A stretch of 64,000 nt of DNA from Eledone cirrhosa (Eukaryota): assembly GCA_964016885.1 (NCBI GenBank), contig OZ024740.1:331576001-331640000 (forward strand), written 5' to 3'. Below, piece by piece: positions 1 to 11,915 of this stretch (position 1 is its first letter; each line of letters starts with the position of its first letter). The notes beneath the pieces are model-generated. The model was not told where the DNA came from, ran no database searches, and saw only the letters and a program-made list of their open reading frames with translations. The translations under genes and the position numbers were made by a program.

Positions 1-527
1 GTCCAAGGAGGAAATAACATCAAGGAAAAAGAGCAGCCTTCAGGAAAAATCCCTTCATAGTACCTTCTTTGAGAAAACTGAATTTAGAGATCCACAGACA
101 TGGAACTGGTTGAAAAGAGGAGACCTTAAAAAGGCTACAGAAGGAATGTTAATGGCTGCGCAGGAGCAGGCCCTCAAAACGAAGTGGTTGAAACACACCA
201 TTTACAAGGAGGAGGCTAGCCCACTGTGCAGGATCTGTGGAGAGAAAGAGGAGACTGTGGCTCACATTGTATCCGAGTGTAAACAGCTAGCCTAGACTCA
301 CTATGAGGGCTGGAGACATGATGTGATGGGCAGGGTGATCCACTGGCACCTATGCAAAGTAAACAATTTACCACATTCTGAGAAGTGGTATGATCATAAG
401 CCAGAGGCGGTGATAAAAAACGATCAGGTGAAGGTGCTGTGGGATTTTAGGATACAGACGGACAAGAAACTGGAACACAATAGATCTGGCCTGGTGGTTT
501 TGGACAAAGAAAAAAGATCGTGCCTGA
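1..527 (+). mobile_element. Fragment of R4/Dong-like non-LTR retrotransposon (CCHC zinc knuckle + start of RLE), close relative of 7485..10877; begins before the window and is cut off at its 3' side
   Basis: Aligns almost base for base with 10079-10605; encodes CRICGEKEETVAHIVSEC and RHDVMGRVIHW; premature TAG at 293-295; RPD changed to RSG; homology stops at 527. Confidence 0.93.
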
Positions 528-1025
528 GATAATTTATTTTTTTATTTTGTTTCTGTTGTCGAGATAATTTATTTTTTATTTTGTTTCTGTTGTCGCTGTG
601 GTGGTGGTGGTGGTGGTGGCGGCGGCTTCGACACCTGCAGTCATTGGTAATGGCGGGAAATGAATGTCCCCATGAGACAAATCTAAATTATTGTTACTGT
701 TTATATTTTTAGTGTTGGCAAACGTAGTAATGTTTACAATGGTGGTGTTGGTGTGAGGTGTTAGTTTGTGAGGAAGGCTCTCAGCTACTTGGTGTAGCTG
801 TGAATCGTCCATGATTTTTTCAAAGAAATTTTTTGGTTGATAATTATAAAAGTTTAAATTTTGGGCTCAAGGCTCCAATCTTTTTGAGTGTCCTTTTCCG
901 AAATCAGATTTTGTGACGTTATAAATAGTTAACAACAAAAATTTTCCATAAATAGCAATTTGAAACAAACGGAAAACGACAAATTTGCGGAGCTCACGAT
1001 GATACGATTTCCTACGTAGGTCGCC

Positions 1026-1084
<59 letters not shown>

Positions 1085-1097
1085 GTGGTGGTAGAGT

Positions 1098-1460
1098 GTC
1101 ATGAAATCGCTCCCGTAAGTTTTTGAATTTTAACATATTTAAATCAATTGTGAAATAACAATTCTTAGTACAAATGATGCATAAACCACCGAATCAAGTC
1201 CCATAAAATTTTGGATCCATATTATATTGTTATATCGCTCAAATATTCAATTTTGTATTATATATTTTGTATTCAAAAAAGAAAATGGTTATAAATGGAA
1301 GAAAACACCCTCTGTCTACACTATATAGAACAGCCAAATAACAGCAATTTCACCAACACCAGAAACTTGATACACCACCTACCCCATCACACTAAATATA
1401 ACAGCCAGATAACGGCAATTTCACCACCACCACCACCAATCCCAGCATCATAATAATAAT
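1098..1460 (+). repeat. Unclassified dispersed repeat (gtcatgaaatcgctcccgtaagttttgaattttaacat...), also at 6098-6550 and partly 6555-6915
   Basis: Visible high similarity between 1098-1440 and 6098-6450; both begin shortly after a (TAA)n tract. Confidence 0.75.
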
Positions 1461-2060
1461 TACTATTATTATTGTCTCAAGTTTTAACAAAATGTTTAAT
1501 TCCGATATTACGGGAATATGTCAACACAATATATATTTAACATACGCGACACAAACTCATAGATACTACATATCACAAAACTCAGTAACGACAATGCCAT
1601 CGCCGCCACCACTCCATCCATCATTGCTATCACTATCCCATCACCGCCGCCACCACTCCTTCATTGCTACCACCACTATTCCCCTGTTAACTTAAGAAAG
1701 GGCAAGGTGGCGGTATCACTAGACAAGGAAGAGGCTAGCAAAAGATATAAATAGATTTACTTAGTGACCTGGCCACCGGCCAAACGTCAACAATCATCAA
1801 CAACTATGGCACTGCTGGCTCCCCCCCTTTCTCACCAACAATATAAAAAGCCCCAGCACCACCACCGACATAGCCAACAACAAAAACAGGCAACTTCAGC
1901 AAAAAGTATATTATATTATTGTAATGCACTGGGTGATTGCTGGCCTTGTGCCTGGAGTGGAGACAATTATTAATAATTTCATTCTTAAACCACGCAATGC
2001 TCACATTAAGGAACCACTCATGATAATAACAATTTAAAAAAAACAACAACAAAAAGAAAA

Positions 2061-5000
2061 CCCCGTGACCAAGAAATACCGGGATGGCGGCCGGCGGGGA
2101 ATAGCCTTGTCTCTAGGGGAAAACGACCCCTCTAGTCTTGGTTGAAAATCGTTCTAGAAGTGGTAACACGAAATGATTACCCCTTGGCGGATAAGGATAA
2201 AACTAGACAAAATAAAGTAAATGTCTAATGATAAAAGCTCATACCGGATCGGCCGTCACCCGGGTAAAAAAGGCCGCGTCCCTCAGAGAGGAACCAGACT
2301 GGGGTCGAAAAATCAGCTAATGGTTCAAACCTTCCCATCACTTCGGAGCTGGAGACCTCCCATAACCGGAATACTCCTACTGTTGGCCCTCCATGCTCAC
2401 CATCAAGAAATCCAAAGAAAAAAATAGAAAAATGGTCAAGGGAAGATAATAAAGAAGTCATTGAGGCTTTCTACACTACCATGTACTACCCATCAAATAC
2501 ATCGAATACAGAACAGACATATATCAACTGGAAAAAGAAACATCCCGAAAACAGAGGCTATATTGACAGTAACAAACTAGCCAATATACGAAGAAATATT
2601 GTAAGAAAAAAGTTACTAACTGATATAGAAATTGATCAGATCAAGCTATTAGCACGAAGTCAGCGAAGGGAAAATGAAACATGTGTTAGTGAAAACGAGG
2701 TAAATTGTAACACTTCGAAACCCAGGGTTGGGGCGGAATCACTGGCAACAGAACAAATTAAAGAAAGGATCGAAAAAGTGGAGGGAGTGCATGCTCAAGA
2801 TGAAACTCCAAATGAAAATAATGAGATCGTAAATGATAAAGAAATGAATGAGAATGAACTTGCCAACTTGAAGGATGAAATTATGATTAAATGGATGAAA
2901 ATGAAAGAATCTGACATGGGGCAACGAGACACCCTCCCTAAGATCCAGAACTCCAAACAGAACCAAAAGATAATACACAAGACTAACATAATTCTCAAAA
3001 ACATTATCATCACAAACAAACTAAACATTACTGATTTAAATCATCTCTATTATGCATCGGCTAAAGTCACCACTCACTTATGTGGAGTGAAGATGAAAAA
3101 ACAACGGAATTCCCACAAGAAATCTACTTGGCAAGAGAACATCAATCGCCAAATAAACCTTCTCCGATCTGAAATAGAAATTTTAACAAACTATAAAGTA
3201 GGTGAACATGTTAAACAAACTAAACTTAGAAAATTGGAAAAAAGTACAGTATAAAATCAACAAGTGACATAGACATGCTGATAGAAATATTCAAGCAAAA
3301 AGTGTCGGCCAAAGCTGCTCGTATAAGGCGCTTTGAAAAACGATCTAGATTCTATAAGGACAATAATATGTTCAAAAACAACCAAAGAAACTTCTACAGA
3401 AAAATTGGTAAGTCAACAATAACTGCTAAATCAATACCACCCAAGGAGGAAGTGCAAAAATTCTGGGAAAAGATCTGGGCCGAAGAAAAAGTTCATAACA
3501 TACATGCCCCATGAATAGACAGACAAATGAAAGATACAGCTCACCTTGAGGAACAAATATGGGAAAATATAACAGTTGAACAGCTGCGCTTGGCTCTAAG
3601 AAAAAACAGCAAATGGAAATCCCCAGGAAAAGACAAAATACAAAGCTTTTGGATAAATGCCTTCACAGAGTCTCATGAGCTGTTAGCCCAACTTTACAAT
3701 GAGATAGTTAAGGAGCCAGAAAAGATACTATCATGGCTAGTTAACGGCATTACATTCCTGCTTCCGAAGAATGATGAGACAAACAATCCCAAAAATTACA
3801 GACCGATAACTTGCTTGACCACAATGTATAAAATGTTAACATCAGTCCTAACTGAATACACATATGACCACCTGATAACAAATGACCTATTTCCAATTGA
3901 GCAGAAAGGGTGTAAACGAGGCTCATATGGCTGTAAGGATCAGCTTTCGGTTAACAAAATGATACTGGAAGATTGTCATAATAGACACAAAAATCTATCG
4001 ATTGCTTGGATAGATTCTAAAAAAGCATTCGATAGTTTGCCACACAGTTGGATTGAAAAATGTTTAGAGATTTTCAAAATATCCCCCGTTGTCAAGAGGT
4101 TTTTGTCATTCAGTATGAAGACATGGAAAACGATACTCCTTTTGAAAAGTGAAACAAAATCACTGGAAGCTGGAAAAGTTAATATTAATTGTGGAATTTT
4201 TCAGGATGACTCTTTATCACCGCTTTTATTCTGCATCGCGCTTATACCATTAAGTAAAATGCTCAATGAAACAAAACATGGATATAAAGTCTATGACAAA
4301 ACCATTAATCACTTGTTCTACATGGATGACCTGAAACTATTTTCAAAAAATAATGAACAATTGCAAGGTCTATTATCCACTGTGGAGCAGTTCAGTGATG
4401 ACATTAAAATGGAGTTTGGACTAGATAAATGCGCCAAAGCAACGTTCACCAGAGGAAAGCTGCTGAAGAGTTCAGACATTAATCTTGATCGGGGGAACGT
4501 GATAAGAGAACTTGATTAAGAAAAAACATACAAATATCTAGGTGTTTGTGAAGGAGACGGAATCAAGCACTCGACAATGAGGGAAAGGATAAGGAAGGAA
4601 TGTTACCACAGAGTAAGAGCAATCTTAAGAACGGAATTGAATGCAAGGAATAGGATCAATGCTATAAACACGCTTGCCATACCAGTAGTAACCTACAGTT
4701 ACAATGTCATCAACTGGTCAAGCACAGAGATCCGTAGGCTCGATACAAAAATTCGAAAATTCTTAACCATGCACAGAATGCATCACCCTAAGGCAGATAT
4801 AGATAGAATATATCTCCCTAGGAAAGAAGGAGGACGTGGGTTAATCCAGTTAGACATTGCGTTGAAAACTGCAACAATTGGATTATCTACATATCTAAGG
4901 TAATCCCATGATTGGATGATCAAACTCGTTTTGAAACACGAAGGCATCAAAAGATCATATTCCATTACAAAAGATGCACAAAGATACAGTAATGGACTAC

Positions 5001-6005
5001 CAATTTCAGAAGTCCCATTTACTGCTGAAATTGAAAACACAGAAAAAGCAAAGCAGGTAAAAGTAACTGCAAAGAAAGAACTGCTACAGAAACTGGCTAA
5101 GAAATGGCAAGAAAAACCTCTGTATGGAAAATACCCAGAGTGAGCTAACAATCCTGATGTTGACAAAACTTTAACCCATCAGTGGTTGGCATCCTCTGGA
5201 CTGAAATCGGAGACTGAAGGACTGATTATATCAGCACAAGATCAGTGTCAGCCAACAAAAAAATTACCAAGCCAACATAATAAAAAATGGATGCAGCCCA
5301 TTATGCCGTGTATGTAAAAAACAACCAGAGACCATTGATCATACAATTTCAATGTGCAGTCCTATAGCTCCAACCGAATACCTAAACAGGCATGACAGAG
5401 CTGCACAATACATACATTGGATAATGTGTAAGAATTTTGACCTGCGCCATCAAAAGAATTGGTGGGAGCATCAACCACCTCCCATGCATGAAAAAGATCA
5501 CATCTCCATCTTGTGGAACTTTAGCATCCAAACAGACCGAAAGATAAATGCAAATAGACCTGATATAATACTGGAGGACTTTAAAAAGAGGGTATGCCTG
5601 CTAATTGATATGTCCGTTCCAATAGACATAAATGTATCTATAAAAACATTTGAAAAATTAGGCAAGTATAAGGACCTGGAGATAGAAATTGGAAAAATGT
5701 GGAAATTGAGAACTAAAACAATACCAGTGGTTGTAGGCGCTCTAGGAATGATACATAAGGGGTCTAATGATTACTTATCGTAAATCCCAGGAAACCCGCG
5801 TATACAAAAGATAGTACTAATGGGAACTGGCCATATACTTAGTAAGATTATGTCAATATAAGTACATCACAAGTCTAAACACCTAAAGATGCATGTGTGT
5901 GTATGTATGTTCTTTCTTGAACATGGTGGGCCTTGTTGTCTCTTGAGGTCACTGGTTGTGACTTGGTGATAACTCGTATGAACATTAAGCAAGATAAATG
6001 CAACT

Positions 6006-6063
<58 letters not shown>
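2061..6063 (+). mobile_element. Decayed, apparently full-length R4/Dong-like non-LTR retrotransposon (RT + CCHC + restriction-like endonuclease) ending in (TAA)n
   Basis: ORF pieces 2221..~5860 carry KWKSPGKD, NYRPITCL, EQKGC, DSKKAFD, GIFQDDSLSPLLF, HLFYMDDLKLF, RHDRAA and RPDII..LIDM; several stops and frameshifts; 3' UTR then (TAA)n at 6007-6063. Confidence 0.93.
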
Positions 6064-6065
<2 letters not shown>

Positions 6066-6234
6066 GGAAAGGGAAGAAGACGCACGAGGTGACGGAGGTC
6101 ATGAAATCGCTCCCGTAAGTTTTGAATTTTTAACATATTTAAATCATTTGTGAAATAACAACTCTTAGTACAAATGCTACGTAAAGCACCCGGCTTGAGC
6201 CCCAAAAAATTCGGACCCAAAATATATTGTTATA

Positions 6235-6603
6235 AGGCTCAAATATTCAAATGTTCAACTTTGTATTGTACACTGTATATCCAGAAAAAAATGGCTATAA
6301 ATGGAAGAAGAAGAACCCCCCCCCCCCCCTCCTCTCCTCTGGCTACACTATATAGGACAGCTAAACTCACCAACACCAGAAACTAGATACACCGCCCACC
6401 CCATCATCTGTGTACACTAAACACAACAGCATTTTCACCTTCACCGCCACCGCTCACTACGGCCATCATTGCCACCGCTGTCCCATCACCGCCGCCACCA
6501 CCCCCTGACTCCTTCACTGCTGCTGCCACCGCTACAGCACCATCACTACAGTAATACGGCTCAAATATTCAAATATTCAACTTTGTATTGTACACTGTAT
6601 ATC

Positions 6604-6643
<40 letters not shown>

Positions 6644-6915
6644 AAATAAAATGGCTATAAATGGAAGAAGAAGAACCCCCCCCCCTCCTCTCCTCTGGCT
6701 ACACTATATAGGACAGCGAAACTCACCAACACCAGAAACTAGATACACCACCCACCCCATCATCTGTGTACACTAAACACAACAGCATTTTCACCTTCAC
6801 CGCCACCGCTCACTGCGGCCATCATTGCCACCGCTGTCCCATCACCGCCGCCACCACCCCCTGACTCCTTCACTGCTGCTGCCACCGCTACAGCACCATC
6901 ACTACAGTAATACGG
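6235..6915 (+). repeat. Local tandem duplication, about 320-360 bp unit (6235-6556 and 6557-6915)
   Basis: The block ggctcaaatattcaaa...catcactacagtaatacgg occurs twice, near-identical; the second copy has an expanded poly-A. Confidence 0.85.
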
Positions 6916-7349
6916 TCGCATCACCGCCACCGCTGCCTCGGTATCGACATCACCGCCACCACTGTCTCAGTATCGCCAACGCCGCTAGTCTCTGCTGGCT
7001 ACCACTTCCACATTATAGAATTCCTACTACTAACAAAGAGGAAGGCATCAAAATATATAGATAGACTCAAAAGAAAAAAGAAAAAACAAACAACAAAAGC
7101 AGCACAGCAACAACAGTAAAAAACGAGAAAAACAGAGAAAAACAAAAACAAAAAAAGAAACCCCAAAAACGTAAAGAAAATAAGAATGAAGAGAGAAGCA
7201 GGCGGACGGACAGAGAAGAGGGGGGGAAAAGTAAAACTTAAAAAACAAAAACTAAGTCGGACATTCGAATACTACATTACAATGAAACTTATGCTTATTC
7301 ATTTTTGGGGCCCTTTCTGCCCGTGTGTTTGTTTGTTTATGTGTGTCCG

Positions 7350-10300
7350 TATACAGCGTGGTGATAATGCCACACAAGGGCCAAGTGGGATGGCGGATCC
7401 ACAGATGGCTATGTAAACATACATTCGCCAATCCTCGATAAGAGTGTTTAAATATCGAACATAAACAGTTCGAATAACGGTGAAATGGAGACTAGAACGT
7501 CATGTGACAGACTCTCACCCAACAGGTGCCCCCTGGCTCAGCAGCAGGAACCTGACTGTCAACGAAATACTGCTGATGTTGGAGGAAGAAGAAGAAGGAA
7601 AGGGGCCAGAACCAACTGGACGAAAGAATTGAATAGAACTGTTATGCAATGCTACCTGAAAAGTAACCCCAAGGAGAGGGGCTACAGGAGACGGATGCAT
7701 AACATCTGGAACGAGATTGGTTTATTTAAATTAGATGAACAAAAATTGGCCGGGCAGGCTCGGGTAATAAGAACTAATGGGTGGATAAGCGAGCTGGAAC
7801 TGGAGGAACTGACCAGAGAGAATGGCTTGGAGATGGCGGGTGTAGTATGCCAGACAAGCGAGCCGGCGGGAAATGAAGGTGAGGAGGTCCTGAGAGCGGA
7901 GGAACCACCCGAAGCAGACAATGATCTGAATACTGAGATAAATAATACCTGGAACAGAGATACGGCCACTGAGGAGATGAATGCTGACGGGCTAGGACAA
8001 GATTCGGTTGACATCCTAAATTTAGTGGTAGATGAGTTGAACAATGATAGTGGGAGACCTATGAACCTAAGATTTGTAGACAGGAAAAAGTTAAAAGAAA
8101 CAACAGCTAAGGTAAACAAAGTCATCCCATACCTTGAGGCGAGGAGTCTTCACCAGTGCAACAATATCCTCAAAGCAACAGCAAATACGGTGAGGAAACT
8201 ACTTGGTATAAAAGCGAGAGGAAACAACAGACAAGAAAGAGCAGAGCCGTGGTGGAAGAAGCGACTGAGTGGGCAAATCGGGGAAATGAGAAATGACATA
8301 GGAAAGCTTGAGTCACTACTGAATGGGACACTAAAAAACATAGGCACTAAAAATAGACTGGAAATAAAATACAAAACTAGGAGTAAAAAGCTAAATATTA
8401 TCATAGAGGAATTGAAGCAACGCATTGTAGCAAAGAGTGCCAAAATCAGGCGATACGAGAACAGAGTCAGTCAGTATAAACAGAACCGCATGTTCGACAA
8501 CAGCCAGAAGATGCTGTTTGGACAGCTTGAGGGGAAAGAAAGAGGCACCGACTTGATCCCTGGGGCGGAACAAGCTAAAACATTCTGGAGAGGAATATGG
8601 GAGCAGGATGTTAGACACAATGCCCAGGCAGGGTGGATTGAGACAGTACAGAGGGAGATCGGTGAGCAGGCACAGCAACAGACTGATTTGAGTATCACAG
8701 TTGAAACTCTTAAGGGGCAAGCCAAAAAACTAACCAACTGGAAATCACCAGGCCCAGATGGTGTGCAGGGGTATTGGATTAAACATTTAACATCCCTCCA
8801 CCCGAAGCTGACGGCCATGTTCAATGACTGCTTGGTGTCGGGTGAGGTGCCAGAGTGGTTGACAAAAGGTACCACAGTTCTGATAATGAAAGACCAAATC
8901 AAGGGTAATGATGTTACCAACTATAGACCTATCACATGTCTGCCCGTAATGTGGAAACTGTTGACGAGCATTGTGTCTGAGGAAATCTACCATCACCTCC
9001 ACACAAACAACTTGTTGCCGGACGAACAGAAAGGATGCCGAAAGAAGTCACGTGGTACAAAGGACCAGTTGCTTATTGATAAGATGGTAATGGGGAATTG
9101 CAGGAGGAGACACACTGATCTTGCCATGGGATGGATAGACTACAGAAAGGCATTTGACATGGTGCCTCATTCCTGGATCACCAAAAGCCTGGAGATCTTC
9201 AGGGTGGCAGATAACATCAGACAGTTGCTGGGCAGGAGTATGGGGTCCTGGGAGACAGAGTTGACATCAACTGGAGTATCCTTGGGAAGCGTGAAGATCA
9301 AGAGAGGTATCTTCCAGGGAGATAGCCTGTCCCCTCTGTTGTTTGTCCTTGCCCTGATGCCCTTGACCATTATGCTGCGAAAAGTGAGAGCAGGATACAA
9401 GTTGGGAAGGGGAGAGCTTACCATCAATCACCTCCTCTTCATGGACGATCTTAAGCTCTTCGGGAAAAGTGAGAAGGAGTTGGATGTGCTTGTTGACACT
9501 GTCCGTATTTTCAGCAGTGATATATGTATGCAGTTTGGTATTGGTAAATGTGGAGTCATTGTGATGAGGAGGGGTAGGTTGAGCAGAAGTAACGGGATCC
9601 AGATACCAACAGGTGAGATGATAAAGGAAATTGACTCTGAGGAAGGATACAAGTATTTGGGCGTTCTGGAGGCTGATGGCATAAAGAACAAAAAAATGAA
9701 GGAATTGTTAAGAACTGAATACATTCGGAGAGTAAGGAGCGTATTGAAGTCACATCTGAACAGCAGAAATGCCATAAGCGCAGTAAATTCCCGAGCTGTG
9801 TCTATTATTAGGTACAGTGCGGGAATTCTGAGATGGAATGTTGCTGAACAAAAAGAAATGGATAGGAAGACTAGGAAGCTATTGACTATCTACAACATGT
9901 TCCACAAGAGGAGTGATGTCGATAGACTCTACCTAAGGAGATCTGAGGGTGGAAGAGGTCTTATCAGCATAGAGGACTGTGTTCAGATGGAGAAAAACAA
10001 CCTATACAAATACGTGACCTATAGTAAGGAGCCAATGCTCAGAGCTGTACTGAAGGAGGGGACAGTAGGCCAGGGGATACCCAAGGAGGAAATAACATCA
10101 AGGAGGAAGAGCAGCCTTAAGGGAAAATCCCTTCATAGTACCTTCTTTGAGAAAACTGAATTTAGAGATCCACAGACATGGAACTGGTTGAGAAGAGGAG
10201 ACCTCAAAAAGGCTACAGAAGGAATGCTAATGGCTGCGCAGGAGCAGGCCCTCAAAACGAAGTGGTTGAAGCACCATATCTACAAGGAGGAGGCTAGCCC

Positions 10301-10963
10301 ACTGTGCAGGATCTGTGGAGAGAGAGAGGAGACTGTGGCTCACATTGTGTCCGAGTGTAAACACCTAGCCCAGACCCACTATAAGGGCTGGAGACACGAT
10401 GTGATGGGCAGGGTGATCCACTGGCACCTGTGCAAAGTAAACAATCTACCACATTCTGAGAAATGGTATGAGCATAGGCCAGAGGCGGTGATGGAGAACA
10501 ATCAGGTGAAGGTGCTGTGGGATTTTAGGATACAGACGGACAAAAAACTGGAACACAATAGACCTGACCTGGTGGTTGTGGACAAAGAAAAAAGATCGTG
10601 CCTGATTGTGGATGTGGCCTGCCCGTTCGACACGAGAGTGCAAGAGAAGGAGAGGGAGAAAATTAACCGATACCAGGACCTAAAGTGGGAGGTGAAAAGG
10701 ATTTGGAACTGCCATGAAGTCAAAGTGATCCCGATTGTCATAGGCGCACTGGGGACTATCTCCAAAGGTTTCCAGGGATGGTTAAAGAAAATCGGCCCCT
10801 TCACGCTTTTTGGAACGCTTCAAAAGGCATGCTTGCTTGGAACGGCAAGAACCCTCCGATACGTCCTGAATATCTGAGGCTGCAGGTAGTGGCTTGATAT
10901 TCAATCCAACGGACTTTCCAGTTAACCAACATCAATGACTGAGATTCAAGGAATAACAATAAC

Positions 10964-11010
<47 letters not shown>
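7350..11010 (+). mobile_element. Full-length R4/Dong-like element (5' boundary approximate) with short 3' UTR and (TAA)n tail
   Basis: Intact ORF, about 75 bp 3' UTR (10878-10951) shared with the 23637-24630 copy, (TAA)n at 10952-11010. Confidence 0.9.
7485..10877 (+). CDS. Intact ORF (1130 aa) of R4/Dong-clade non-LTR retrotransposon: reverse transcriptase, CCHC zinc knuckle, PD-(D/E)xK restriction-like endonuclease
   Basis: KSPGPDG, NYRPITCL, EQKGC, DYRKAFDMV, GIFQGDSLSPLLF, LFMDDLKLF, YKYLGV, CRICGEREETVAHIVSEC, RHD, RPDLVVVD..VDV; no stops or frameshifts; no APE domain. Confidence 0.96.
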   Translation: METRTSCDRLSPNRCPLAQQQEPDCQRNTADVGGRRRRKGARTNWTKELNRTVMQCYLKSNPKERGYRRRMHNIWNEIGLFKLDEQKLAGQARVIRTNGWISELELEELTRENGLEMAGVVCQTSEPAGNEGEEVLRAEEPPEADNDLNTEINNTWNRDTATEEMNADGLGQDSVDILNLVVDELNNDSGRPMNLRFVDRKKLKETTAKVNKVIPYLEARSLHQCNNILKATANTVRKLLGIKARGNNRQERAEPWWKKRLSGQIGEMRNDIGKLESLLNGTLKNIGTKNRLEIKYKTRSKKLNIIIEELKQRIVAKSAKIRRYENRVSQYKQNRMFDNSQKMLFGQLEGKERGTDLIPGAEQAKTFWRGIWEQDVRHNAQAGWIETVQREIGEQAQQQTDLSITVETLKGQAKKLTNWKSPGPDGVQGYWIKHLTSLHPKLTAMFNDCLVSGEVPEWLTKGTTVLIMKDQIKGNDVTNYRPITCLPVMWKLLTSIVSEEIYHHLHTNNLLPDEQKGCRKKSRGTKDQLLIDKMVMGNCRRRHTDLAMGWIDYRKAFDMVPHSWITKSLEIFRVADNIRQLLGRSMGSWETELTSTGVSLGSVKIKRGIFQGDSLSPLLFVLALMPLTIMLRKVRAGYKLGRGELTINHLLFMDDLKLFGKSEKELDVLVDTVRIFSSDICMQFGIGKCGVIVMRRGRLSRSNGIQIPTGEMIKEIDSEEGYKYLGVLEADGIKNKKMKELLRTEYIRRVRSVLKSHLNSRNAISAVNSRAVSIIRYSAGILRWNVAEQKEMDRKTRKLLTIYNMFHKRSDVDRLYLRRSEGGRGLISIEDCVQMEKNNLYKYVTYSKEPMLRAVLKEGTVGQGIPKEEITSRRKSSLKGKSLHSTFFEKTEFRDPQTWNWLRRGDLKKATEGMLMAAQEQALKTKWLKHHIYKEEASPLCRICGEREETVAHIVSECKHLAQTHYKGWRHDVMGRVIHWHLCKVNNLPHSEKWYEHRPEAVMENNQVKVLWDFRIQTDKKLEHNRPDLVVVDKEKRSCLIVDVACPFDTRVQEKEREKINRYQDLKWEVKRIWNCHEVKVIPIVIGALGTISKGFQGWLKKIGPFTLFGTLQKACLLGTARTLRYVLNI

Positions 11011-11013
<3 letters not shown>

Positions 11014-11329
11014 GGACGGCGTGTTATGTCTTCATGGCGTTTATTGAGTATTGGCGCGTATTTCGCTATTGATCAGCTCAAGTTTCGATTTGTATCGATC
11101 CAGCCCGACTCTGAAGTCAAAAGCTCGTGGGACCTCTATGATAATAACTGGAATCTACGTATCGAGTGCTCACTCTGGTGAACCTATACTAACTGAAAGT
11201 TATATTAAATATGCTGAGTTCTGAGCCTTATTACCCGAGAGTTTCACCTACACACATACAGGTTCATCAAACACAACAAGAGGTGTGTATTTTGATTCTC
11301 TCAATATAGGGCAAGAGGTATATGTACAA

Positions 11330-11915
11330 GGGGAAATAAAAGGGATCAAGTATTTTGTTGAAATCAATCAGTTCTGATAAGCATGGAAGAATATAAGTTA
11401 AGTTAACTGGCAGAAACATGTCCACAAACTCTACGTAAAAGCTGCAAGCGACAAATATTGTGGAGAGACCATTTCAAATATTTCCTTGGAAAGCTAATCA
11501 AAATGATCATTCACTATCAACTGGACATTTAGCATGGAGCATTCAATAAAGACAAGCAGAAGATAGCTATGAAGACAATGATTAACGGGAAGGCAGCTAA
11601 CTAGATGAAATCCCACTAGAAGACGGGAAAGATAGATGACCTCATGCGACTCTGCAACGCATTTTACCTTCCAAGTCAAATTAAGAAAGGATAAAAGGAT
11701 GTATACATCACTATCTAAAGAAAGGTGATCAGGATATTACGAAGAATTACATAATACTTTATTTTACGTCTAAAGCCGCATATATTTATAATGTGTTGCT
11801 ACTCAGGCGCATGTGTCCTGAGGCTGAAAACATGTTGAGCAAGAGCTAAATTCTTTTCGCAAGAATACATCTACGTCCTCACAGATTTTGACTCTTTGGC
11901 GAATTCTAAAATGAA
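11330..11915 (+). mobile_element. Highly decayed RTE/RTE-X-like LINE reverse transcriptase fragment
   Basis: Manual translation across frameshifts gives GKAA..DEIP, KKGDQDITKNY, SKAAYIYNVLLLRR, FRKNTSTSSQILTLWRIL, matching RT domains 0-2 of RTE-type LINEs. Confidence 0.7.

Noticed and set aside
7515-10804. Antisense ORFs within the Dong ORF
   Set aside because: Shadow frames with no recognisable motifs
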